Below are positions 1 to 11,300 of a stretch of 64,000 nt of DNA, piece by piece. Made by a program: the position numbers and the translations under genes. Under the pieces are notes generated by a model, which was not told the DNA's origin, did no database searches, and worked only from the letters and a program-made list of their open reading frames with translations. The DNA is from Camelus dromedarius (Eukaryota): positions 22,942,001-23,006,000 of the forward strand of contig NC_087437.1 in the NCBI RefSeq assembly GCF_036321535.1, read 5' to 3'. The first letter of the stretch is position 1, and the number at the start of each line of letters is the position of its first letter.

Positions 1-12
1 TTTCATTGTAAT

Positions 13-126
13 GCTGGGCTTCTATTAACTGGGCCATTTACAACTCTGTGGGACAAAGGTTAACTTGTGGATTTATGTCAGGTAATATGCAAATAATTTC
101 TGTCCAGTTAAACAGATAACCTCAGT
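13..126. mobile_element. Possible degenerate palindromic MITE (TcMar/Tigger-like)
   Basis: gctgggcttctattaactgggc (13-34) is an imperfect inverted repeat of gtccagttaaacagataacctcagt (102-126). Family not identified. Confidence 0.3.
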
Positions 127-686
127 TGTTGGTCAATTAACCAGTTTTAAATCTAACCCAATAAACTTATCCTAATATTTTCTTGTTAAATTGCCTACAT
201 ATTACCATTTCAAATGTTCTTTGAACCGTTGAACCACTTTTGGCATCTTAACTGTTCTCTCATTAAGTAATAAGTTAAATAAAATCTTTAACGTGTATAT
301 ATTTGCTTGAGAGTCCTTTTGAAATTATATTTTAACAATATTATATAATGAAGGTTGTTTATACTTACATATCAGCACTGCTGTAAGATCCTGAAAGGTG
401 CTTTGATTATGATGTTTTAGGAGAATATTACTTGCTTTTCATGCAATTTCCTATGTAATCTAATAGCACAATATTATGTGACACATTCTAGTTTAATGAA
501 TACTTATTCATTGAAAAACTGTCATACCTGATTGTATACTTAATCAGGATTTTTTATTTCCTGCATATTTGTGAAAATATGGTTTAGTACAATTAGAAAA
601 TGGTGGAATAGACTCCAGATACTAAAATTAGGTAAAATTTGACAACATTGTTGGATCTGATTTTTATAGTGGGGTTTGGCTTTACT

Positions 687-908
687 CAGGTGTTAGCAAA
701 CTATGGTCCTTGGGTCAAATCAGGTCTGTCACTTGTTTTAGTTAATAAAGTTTTATTGGCTCCCTGCCATGTTCATTCTTCACTGTATGGTCTCTGGCTG
801 CTTTTATGCTATAGTTGCAGAGTTGCGTAGTTGCAACAGAGACTGTTTCCTGCAAAGTGTAAAATATTTACTATCTGACTTCTAACAGAAAAAGTTTGTC
901 AACTCTTG
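687..908 (+). mobile_element. MER58A-like hAT-Charlie non-autonomous DNA transposon
   Basis: Termini caggtgttagcaaact...agtttgtcaactcttg; internal aataaagttttattgg and aaaatatttactatctg; degenerate 8-bp TSD gctttact (679-686) / actttacc (909-916). Confidence 0.85.
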
Positions 909-3900
909 ACTTTACCTCTTCTAGGTCAGGACTTTCCACTATTCTGGGGTAATGTTCTACTTTACTCAGATAGAGGACATTGAACTGCAAAATACTCTAT
1001 AATAGCAACAGCTATTTTTCTATTTTGCAGTGGAAATACTTAAAAAAAATCCTAATCCATCTCTAATATTTTGTTGATCAACATACATATTTATTACATT
1101 TATTAAACAAATTATTTGAATTTCCCATTTGTGATCTAGTTTTATGTAATCAAGCTTTCTAAAGTATTTGCATTATACTGTTGACAATTGATTCTGAGTC
1201 AGAAAATAGTTTAATAGTTTAGTTTGGCAAATAATTGCTTGCCTCGGGTGTCTAATGGCCTTTGCTGAGTGAGAAGTACAGAATATTTCTGTCATTTTAT
1301 CCTAGGCCCACTTTCTGATGAAGTGATATAAAGTAATACACTTTTATTAATATTTCTAAAGCTGCATTTTGGTAAGTGTGTTTTTAAACAGAAGAGACCA
1401 GATTTCATGTTAGTGCAAGAATAAAGGAGAAATACATGTTTTCACTTACTGCATATAGGACAGCTTTTATTTCATGAATTGATAATTTTCAGAATGGAAA
1501 ACTTTGGGCATTATATAATTAAGAGAAGGCAATTTCAGAATATGCCAGGTCTTTAAAATCCAGGTAGTACGGATGGTAGCTTGATTAGTTTCCAAACTCA
1601 CTAAGTCAACCTCTGTCTACAGTTCTTTCTTCCAATGTTTTTGTTTTGTTTTGTTTTAAGTCCTAAGTGGCTCTGTTGGCTCCTGTCCTTTAGTCTATTG
1701 AAATGTTCCCATTCTCAGTTCTGGGCTATGTGCCTTTTCAACAGATGCTCTCTGAGGATTTCCTGGGGGCCAAGAGGTTGAGTGGTGTTTACAGATAAAG
1801 TAAACAAGAGCATAAAGGGAAAGGACCTTGCTGTACAATCTTTCTTTCTGTCTGACCAGACCCTGAGCATGACAGACACCTCACAGGCACTTATTAAGGA
1901 TGATGGAGGGCACCTACAGACAACTCGTGCTTGTCAGAGGCTGCTCCTGACTCTGTGATTCTGTTTCCCAGCTGCTACGCAATCACCAAGGCTGCAGGCT
2001 TCCAGGACCCTCTGTCACAGAGCTCTCTCTCCAGCCTCCAAGGTCGTCACTGAGGAATCCATCACAGTAGATTTACAACTTGCATTAGCGCCACTTTTTT
2101 TCATTGCCCATCAGGGCTGCTGGTGGGAGGCTTAGAGGCCATCCCAGGACTCTATCTCTAAATCTGGAACTGAAGAGTTGGTTGGATTTATATAACTTCC
2201 CAGCACATGCTTGCTTTGTGTGCTCCATAACTAATGGTGTCCTGCTTATTCCTTCCAAGCCAGAGCCTAAAAGTTAGCTGGGAGTTTCCTTGATAAATCA
2301 AAGTCACATAGGTGATGGGGATTTTGTGAGACTGAGCATAGCAGCTTTTAAGGCTGTTCAGCTTTAGACATATTCAAAGTTATAGAAAGACCTTCACATT
2401 GCTCTGTTTGCCCAGTATATGCCCTTTCAGATTTTTAGGGGCAACTTTTTTGGTACTCAAGAGGGTAAGGGTGAGTTCCAAAATCAGAAATGCTAGAAAA
2501 CACATCATGTGCCTTTAGGAGTTCAGGAGAGGAGGCTCTCCGTCTGTGCCTGTCAATACTTTGCTCTGCTGACCCTAGGTTGTGGCTGAGTTCATTCTGT
2601 CAGTACTGTAAAATCAGATCCAATTTTTGTCTGCCTAATTGGGAAAGCGAGGCAGTGCTTTTCTAAGTAATTGTTGAAAAAATCGTTAGGATAATTAGGG
2701 TAATCTTTGTTTAAAGAAGCAAATATAGGAGCTGTAATCAGAATCATGCTAGTGGGTTAAGGAGGAAATCCTAGACAAATATTTTCCTTTCTCTGATTCC
2801 CATGCTAATCCTCTTATTTTTCCTTTGCCTAATGATATGGGTCACCTCTTGTTGACTTGACTTGTCCTTTCTGTTTCTATTGATGGTTAATCTATGAAAG
2901 AGACAGGGCACATTCAATAGCTTACAGGGCACCCAGCCTTCCACTCTGCTTAAAAACATTTCTCAGGGACAAATACATCTAAAATTGGGGACTGTTTATT
3001 CTTCTACATTGGTACAGGAGCCGTTGATCATGCAATATTTTTAAATTTTCAACTTTAAAATCTCTTTTCTTTCTCATCTATGGGCATGCATGCTTATAGA
3101 GGTTAAAATAATGACCGTAAAGGAATCTTAATGTTATATTGTAAATGATACTTGAACTTGACTATAACAAAACCTAAATTACACAAGAAGCAAAAATGGA
3201 GTGACAGGTAATTTCCTAAAGTCAGTGGTATAGGCCAGTCCTAAATTGAGGGTTATTCAGATAAGGGGAACTTGGCAGGCCTGCAGACACTGTGTTTGAG
3301 TTTTGTTCCTGTCGGAGAACTCTCTGAAAGATGCCAGGTTTAATGGAATTTAGATAAAGACATTCTCATTTCAGCTGAAAGTTGAACATACTTCTGTGTC
3401 TGATTCATCCCTGTAATATTGCCAAGTCTGGTAGGATTTCAGAAGCACTTCAACATTTTTAACAGTCTCGGTTCCCGAGTAAGGCTGTCACAGCATCTCA
3501 ACCTGGGGGTTAGGAGAAAATTAGGAGAATCAGAGTCACTCTAGGCAGGTGAACTTGAGAGGTGCCTAATAATGGAAATTTCTAGTATAGTGATAACATT
3601 CAAGAGCATAAATGAATCAGCCCACACAGGTGAATTTAGGCAGCATCAATGGGTTGGGATTTTAGAAGTCCAGAGAAAGCCCCCACCCTTGCTCTAGAAT
3701 GTTCCTCTCACTGCCTATGAATCAAGTAGAGAGTTGTAAAATAAAGCATGGCTCAAAAAGCAGCTATTAATATTTCATGTGAGTCAGTCAACTAGCTTTC
3801 TGTTGCAGTGTTGCAGCCTGCCGAGGGCAAGTCCCTATGGGAATCATGAAAGAGTAATGGGGCACTGAGGTGGGCCAGTTCATGGGAAGCAGGCTTGGGC

Positions 3901-4009
3901 AGGTTACTGCAGTGTGGCCAAGGGTAGGGACAGCAATTGGGTGGGTGCTTTGGAGAAAAGGAAAACTGAAAAAGCATCGGGGGAAGAGTTCAAAAGGTAC
4001 CTTGTCTGG

Positions 4010-4147
4010 ATCCTCAGTACTCAGAGTATGGTCTGTGTGGACCAGCAACAGCAGCATCTGGTAGGGTTTAGAAATACAAGATCCAGAACAGGCATTTAAC
4101 CAGATCTCCTAGTAATTCATATGCGCACCAGGGTTTAAGAAGTGCTG
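4010..4147. mobile_element. MER5A-like hAT-Charlie element
   Basis: tactcagagtatggtc...ggaccagcaacagcagcatctgg...tttaaccagatctcctagtaattcatatgc...gtttaagaagtgctg resembles the MER5A layout. Confidence 0.6.
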
Positions 4148-5439
4148 GTCTTCTTTTATCAAGGGCATGTTCAGTGGAGAATTGAATCGGATTCACTTTT
4201 CAGCAATGTCATTTATCTTAGCAGGTATTTTAGCAGAGAGAAAGGAAATTAAACCTTGTCTGTTGCTATAAGGATGAAGGTGTCTTTGAACTACCAGAAA
4301 GAAGAGTCCATACCTGTTAAGGACCAAATCATGTCCCAAGAGAGAGTTAAATAAGTAATAGTTCTGAAGAGGCAGGAATTTGCAATACTAGAAAATTAGG
4401 AGGTAAATGTGACAGAGCTCAAGTCTTTATCATCATAAAGCTTTAGGAATTATTGAGTACATTAGGACAGTTTTCATAGTTACTAGGTTTTATAAGAGAT
4501 TGGGAGAATTTTGTATCAGGAATAATTTTTAAAATGTGAAGGGAGACTAGTTTTTAAGAGACCATTCTCAATACCAAGACACGGGTTAGAGCCTGCTTAA
4601 GGGTATTACGAAAAGCAAACTTGGTAAACAGTTTCTGGATGACAGATTCTGTTGGGAGAGCTGAGACCGTTCTCGATAAGGCTGGCAGCAGAGCCAGATA
4701 AGAAGGTAGAGCAGATGTTCCCTGGGGAATAGCTGAAGAAAAGGGAGCTGCCAGGATGCATTAGGGAAGCGCCACCACCAGTCGGATTCATGTCAGTTTA
4801 TGGAGCCGGTATTCTCTACCAGGGACCCTGCTAGATGTGTTAGTGATAATAAAATAACCTTTCCCTGTCCTCCAGTGTTTAAGTGAAGACAATTAAACAG
4901 CACCAGCCAGTTTATGGTAAGTGTCATAATGAAGAGTCATGAGAATATTGTGCTTTGTCAGAAGAAACAAAAGAGTTAAAGTGGTCAGAATAGAGGTAAT
5001 GGAAATGTGAGATGTTTTGGCTTCGTGGTACTTGGGATATATAATTTAGAACCTGGCAGTGCACATACCTCACTATTTGGCTCTCTTTTCAATCCTATGA
5101 GAACTTTACAGTTTGCTACCCAGCACCTCTCAACAAATTGGCTGCAAAAAAATACCAGCTGCTGTACTATCATAATTACCCTTTTGTTTTGATTCCTTGT
5201 TGTGTCCTGGTTGCCAAGACTTGGTGATGGTTTAATAATATGGTTCTTAAATGTTCGAGTGCTTTGCATAATACTTAATTTTAACATAGTGGATTGAAAA
5301 AAAAGTTAGCAACTTTCCCCCTATACGGTACTTAGTAGTTTAATTGATTAGGGACTTATTACACTAAGTTGCCAGTCGACAATACTTGTTTAAAACAGAG
5401 CTGGCCTCCTCCAACTTTTAGAAATCAATGACACTTTGC

Positions 5440-5815
5440 AGCCTCGTCCCGAATACCAGGGACTCTTGCAGAGCCTCTAGGTCGTCAAAGCCGCCTCAGC
5501 GCAGGTCACAGGCTCCATTTGCATAAACAGATCCCCGACCATTGCTTCATCTACATCTGGGTTTTCCCGTGCCATAGTTCATTGCAGCTTTCTCAACCAG
5601 GCTCTCCCCTTCATTTCCGTCATCAAAATCTAGCTGTTTTGGGTTTCATTTGTTAGTTTTAGATTAATTCTTTCTGATTTTATGAACTAAGGCAGTATGA
5701 TAACTGCTATTTTTTTTTTCCTTTCAGATAGTATAATCACATTTAAACAGTATAACTTAAACCTTTAAAGGAGCAGGTACAGAGGGAATTTCACTTCATG
5801 CGGGGATTTCCTACA
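5440..5815. promoter_or_regulatory. Candidate enhancer: octamer, NF-kB-like and IRF-like motifs in a locally CpG-enriched non-repeat segment
   Basis: ATTTGCAT 5517-5524; GGGTTTTCCC 5559-5568; GGGAATTTCA 5784-5793; GGGGATTTCC 5802-5811; GAAGTGAAA on minus at about 5790-5798. Motif evidence only. Confidence 0.3.
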
Positions 5816-7537
5816 TCAGAAGTAACAAAATGGTGGTGGATGTGGGCTGCAACATTTTTTGTTGGCTTGATTTAATTCTCAGAGTTCTTTTTTTTTTTTT
5901 TTTAACACTAGTTGCTAATGGATTTATAAATCCCAATTTCTGGCCCTTTTTGGTGGATCTAAAGCTCTGGTTTCATCTGGTCTATATTCTCTCCTAGCAA
6001 AAGTGGGCTGTTGCTGAGTGGCAGGTGTCTGCTTTGAACAGGTCATAGCCTCTCACAGTGCAGTGCAGTTCTGCTTTTCTCGTAGATGCTCAACTTTCTT
6101 GACATTGGCAGGCATTTGTGTTTAGAAATCCTGTTGGTCTGCATTTGAGCCTAGTCTAGGTTTAGGGAGCAAGTAAAATGAAATAATAAATTAAATATTC
6201 TACCTCTTTGATATCAAACCAAAGTTTAAAATATGTATCAGCTCTTGAATAAGAAGAAAAAATTCTTTTGGATTTAATAAGTTGGCATAGTCTCCTAAAA
6301 TCAGATAAGTCCTTGCATGACTATGGTTAAAATTAACCATTATGTAGAAAATAAGCAATTTTGTCTGTTGAAAAGGTTATCATACATTGCAGATGTAATT
6401 TAGAGGCCTATTGGAAACTGAGCGCATAGTTATAAAAGGAGATGCTGAATAAATTACTTGAACAAAGCTCTGCTAACACTCCACTTTAATGAAAACTTCC
6501 GAAACTCTAAAAGTTGGAAGTGGCATTTAGCAAAATTAAAGTCTGTCAAAATGGAAGGTAGATATTTAATATCTCTTAAGAGTTGAGGCAGAAAGTCAAG
6601 TATAAGTAAAAGCTGACAGGCTTTTAATAAGGGAGGCAGTAAGATGACCAAGCAAGATATTCGCACATTACAAACTTGGTTGTGCTAATGTCTGCTTTCC
6701 ATTAAAAAGCTGATTTTCCTTGTTAGTCTTTATGATGAACGTTATTAAAGATGAACTTATAATGTGAATTATTTTAAGTTCTTTGTTTCAATGCAGAATT
6801 TCTTTTGAAGCAAGTAAAGCAGATTAAAAAAAGGCTAACCTTAGGTTAAGATAGATTGACATAGAAACAAGATGTTTCTGTTATACTAAGTAGTGCTAGA
6901 GAGTTTTGGTTTTTTGCTAGTAGGTATTGTCTTTTATTACAAATTTTCTATTTTGATTTCAAAAGCATGGTAGCATTGTGAGAAACAGACTTTTTTTTTT
7001 TTTTTTTTTTTTAAGTGGAGTGACTTGCTCCAGGCCAGAAACTCAATGACCCATTCAAAATCCACTCCATTGCTTTTTTGTTTTTTAGCTGGAAGCTATT
7101 ATCTAAATCTCTAAACCTCCTCCCCAAGTGTCATTTTGATGGGAAATGGATTTGATCGTTGAGTTTTGAAACCAAGAGTCTAGATCAATTATTGTCCTTT
7201 TCTTTCTGCGGTTGTTTTTAGTTTCATTTATACCACTTTAGAAAGAAAGTGATCTGGAAATTTAAGTTTTGGGTGGGAGTTTTGGATCTCTTTTTCATCT
7301 AGTTAGAAGTTTCAGCAGCAGAATTAGCTGAGAAAATAGAGTTGCAGGTATCTTGGCTTTAGAAATGAGGCTACACCATCTCTCTTTGCAACTCTTCTTG
7401 CAAGGGGCTTGCCTTCCTGAGCCTAGGATTTAGTACTTTTAAGAAACTTTGGAAATTATTTTCTAGTATTCCTCCTTGATTGTGTCATGGATCATATTTT
7501 CTCTCCCGTCTCTTCCCTGTAACCTAAATTTATTTTA

Positions 7538-7973
7538 TGTGGTAGATACAAAGTGGAGACTGGACTTGAGAATTCCCTAAGCAGACAAAACCATTTAAGT
7601 CATGTAAGCAAAACTAAATTTACCTTGTCTCATGAACATAAGTGAAACTTAACTTAGGTTATTTCTTGTAAATGCTTCTGACAATCTTAAAAGCAACAAG
7701 TCATATTCCTTAAAATGGTATGAGATAATCACTTTTAACCAATACTCTGCTGTCTGAAAACCTTCACTGTAATAACCAATCACTGTAAAAGGTAACAACT
7801 TTCTCATTTTCACTTTATAAGCCATCCTATAACTTCATGCCCCTGAGCTTCATATCAATCTTGGAATTTGGAAAGTTTCCAGTTTGCAAATTGTTCTTAT
7901 GTGCACAATAAGCTTACTAAGTATTATTTATTGATTTGATAGTTTTAATTTTGCTATTTCTGGATTTTTGACA
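7538..7973 (+). mobile_element. ERV1-class solo LTR (subfamily uncertain)
   Basis: TG...tttgaCA ends, about 435 bp, two CCAAT boxes (aaccaatac, aaccaatca), TATA-like tttataa and degenerate polyA signal caataag. Confidence 0.55.
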
Positions 7974-8574
7974 TAAAAAAATTTTGGATCAATATTTTCC
8001 AACTTTATAAAAATAAAGAAACTTGAATTGTTCAGACACATCATTTTAAACATATTTGAATTGTGAAAAATGGTTTTAATATCACTAAAAACTCGGGTGC
8101 TCAGAGGTGTCTAGGCAACCTCTTATTAAAATATGCAAGTAATTTATAGTTTCTTCTCTATTAAAGTTATACACAGTCATAGTAGAAATGTTGAGAAGAC
8201 TTTTTAGAACATGATAGAAATCATCCATAACTTTACACAGAGATGAATTTAATATATTGTCTTTAAATATACTTTATGTGGTATTCTATATTTGTGATTT
8301 TTTTTTACAAAATTTAAAATCATGCTGTATATTTTTGTATTCTGCTTTTTAAAAATTAACATTTTATACTGAAAACATTTTGAATGACTTAATAGCATTC
8401 TATTTATAGAAGAAACATTAACCAATTATTTTCAGTCATTTAGATTATTTTCTGCATTTTTCTATTGTATAGAATTCTGTGATACCTTTTTATTTAATGT
8501 TTTCTGTGCTCCTCTAATTTTTTCATTAGAGTAAATTCCTAGAAATAGAGTGATTGAAACTGTTTCACTAAAAT

Positions 8575-9210
8575 TCCAGTGATCTCCAGGCTGCAAAATC
8601 CCAAGGATACTTTTCATTCTTGTATTTACCTGATGTCTCAGAAGTGTTGCACCCACATTCTTTTTTCTCCGTAATTCAGCAGTTTCAACAGCAACATCCC
8701 TTTCTCCCTCTGTTCACTTTCCTTTGCCTATCTTCTCTACTCTCATGGCTTAAATATAGTAAACCCCATGTTGACAATCCACTAGTTTATATTTTCCATG
8801 CAGATCTTTTTTCTGACCTGTTTCCTCACGTCTTTGGATGTCTCCCAGGCATGTCAAACCTAACGTCTTTGGACCTGCTCTCCTTTTCCCCCTCCCAGCC
8901 TGTGAAAGAGCCACCATCTACCCAGTTGCGTAGTTGATCACTTGCTCATGCTAGAACCTGTTCTTGATAGCGAATACCTCACATCAAGGTCTGTGAATTC
9001 TATATCCAAAACAGATCTCAAGTGCATTTCCTTCTTCCAGTCATCACCTCACATGTGACTACATTACTATAGCTATTTGTACAACAATTTAATGCCGGTT
9101 TCCCCCACCAGATTATAAGGGGAATTTCACATGTCTTGTTCTTTCTCTAGTCTGTGTTAGAGTATCTGACTTTTATTGGCATTCAGCAAATTTATCTTAA
9201 ACAAGTGAAA
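8575..9210 (+). mobile_element. L2 LINE 3' fragment
   Basis: tggatgtctcccaggcatgtcaaacctaac, ccaccatctacccagttg and ttcccccaccagattataag are typical of L2 3' regions. Confidence 0.65.
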
Positions 9211-9432
9211 TAATTTATATGACCAAATGACCTTTCAGAAATGCTATAACAAATTAAATTCTCCTCAGCCATTTATAGTTGTATGGGTCTTCCTGAAACC
9301 TTCAAGTTGCTGGGAGAAAAATGATTATGCTTTATTTTAATTAACAGCTTTTGTTGTGGTGAAAATTGACCTTAAAGAATGTTTATTGACTATATTTATT
9401 CTTTTGTGAACTGTCATATCAAATTTCTTAAC

Positions 9433-10392
9433 TTTTTTTATTGAGTTAAAGTCATTTTACAATGTTGTGTCAAATTCCAGTGTAGAGCACAATTTTTCAG
9501 TTATACATGAACATACATATATTCATTGTCACATTTTTTTTCACTGTGAGCTACCACAAGATCTTGTATATATTTCCCTGTGCTATACAGTATAATCTTG
9601 TTGCTCTATTGTGCATATGCATGTCAGTATCTATAAATTTTGAAATCCCAGTCTATCCCTTCCCACCCCCACCCCCTTGGCAACCACAAGTTTGTATTCT
9701 ATGTCTATGAAACTATTTCTGTTTTGTATTTATGTTCTTTTTTTTTTTTTTTTAGACTCCACATATGAGCGATCTCATATGGTATTTTTCTTTCTCTTTC
9801 TGGCTTACTTCACTTAGAGTGACATTCTCCAAGAACATCCATGTTGCTGCAAATGGCGTTATGTTTTCATTTTTTATGGCTGAACAGTATTCCATTGTAT
9901 AAATATACCACATCTTCTTTATCCAGTCATCTGTTGATGGACATTTAGGCCATTTCCATGTCTTGGCTATTGTAAATAGTGCTGCTATGAACATTGGGGT
10001 GCAGGTGTCGTTTTGAAGTAGGGTTCCTTCTGGATATACATGCAGGAGCAGGATTCCTGGGTCATATGGTAAGTCTATTCCTAGTCTTTTGAGGAATCTC
10101 CATACTGTTTTCCATAGTGGCTGCACCAAACTGCATTCCCACCAGCAGTGTAGGAGGGTTCCCTTTTCTCCACATCCTCTCCAGCATTTGTCATTTGTGG
10201 ACTTTTGAATGATGGCCATTCTGACTGGTGTGAGGTGATACCTCATCATAGTTTTTATTTGCATTTCTTTGATAATTAGTGATACTGAGTATTTTTTTCA
10301 TGTGCCTATTGATTATTTGTATGTCTTCATTGGAGAATTACTTGTTTAGATCTTCTGCCCATTTTTGGATTGGGTTGTTTTTTTTTCTTATT
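9433..10392 (-). mobile_element. Young, 5'-truncated lineage-specific L1 (3' about 960 bp)
   Basis: polyA signal and tail on minus (tttttttattgag), G-rich 3'UTR tract, and an uninterrupted ORF2p C-terminus. Confidence 0.95.
9752..10264 (-). pseudogene. L1 ORF2p C-terminal fragment (CCHC zinc-knuckle region); not a host gene
   Basis: Translation [70 protein letters not shown] is the canonical L1 ORF2p end. Confidence 0.95.
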
Positions 10393-10934
10393 ATTTAAAA
10401 TTTTTTATTGTAATATTTACTTTATATTAATTGATTTTGAGTTCTTTATATGTTAAGAATATCAATCCATTGCTAACATAGATAGTTCCCCAGTTTGTCA
10501 TTTGCCTTTTAATTTTTTTATGATATTATTTTGATATACATGAAGTTTTTTATTATTAAATTTTATCCATAATTTATTTTATGGTTTTTACTTTGGCTCT
10601 TATGCTTAGAAAGTTTTCCTCTTCATGTAAGAGATTGAGCACCTATTTTTTTCTGGTTGGTTTAAATTTTTAAAAAAGTCTGTTCTTTTATCATGTAGAT
10701 TTTATTTTGGTGAATGGTATGAGGTAGAGTTTTAATCTTATTACTTTTTCTCACTTATGCATATTTAATAAGAAAGGAATATTTTACCTACTTAAATAAT
10801 ACTAAATGCTAAGAACATAAAACACAGAATTTTTCTTTAATGAGTTAAAGAATATCTTTAATTTGCTCTTAAATATTATTCTTCCTTTTATCACCCAAGT
10901 TGCTCTTCAGAGCTGGCTTTGATAAGGAATGGTT

Positions 10935-10972
<38 letters not shown>
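10935..10972. repeat. Compound (TG)n(AG)n microsatellite
   Basis: Directly visible. Confidence 0.95.
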
Positions 10973-10974
<2 letters not shown>

Positions 10975-11104
10975 AGAGCATTCTGTCTAACATTGCTAAT
11001 GAAGTAGGAATTCACTTTGCCATCTTTCCCATGTGCTATACATTAATAATTTGGTGTAGCTGGAAGTAATAATCATTTTTAATCTGAGTAATGCTTCATG
11101 ATGT

Positions 11105-11300
11105 TTAAAGCACTTTTATGCCATTTTCATGTTCAAATCTCAAGTAATTCCTTGAGGATGACAGAGCAGGTATTACTCAACCCATTTTGTAGATGAGGAA
11201 ACAGATAAGAAAGTTCAGTTTGCTTGCTCTAATTAGTACAGCTTAGTAGAGGGTGAATCTGAGATTAGAATTTGACTTTCTTTAATTCTCAGCCTACTAT
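11105..11300 (-). mobile_element. MIR SINE
   Basis: Core cccattttgtagatgaggaaacaga. Confidence 0.7.

Larger units (their letters stand above)
8150..10760 (-). mobile_element. Old L1 (L1ME-like) fragments, interrupted by L2 (8575-9210) and a young L1 (9433-10392)
   Basis: Antisense L1 phrases: gagtaaattcctagaaatagagtgattg, tcttttgtgaactgtc, ttccccagtttgtcatttgccttttaa, ttttggtgaatggtatgaggtag. Confidence 0.55.

Noticed and set aside
5710..5780. Coding exon after the strong acceptor ttttttttttcctttcag
   Set aside because: Stops in all three frames within 50 nt and only a weak donor.
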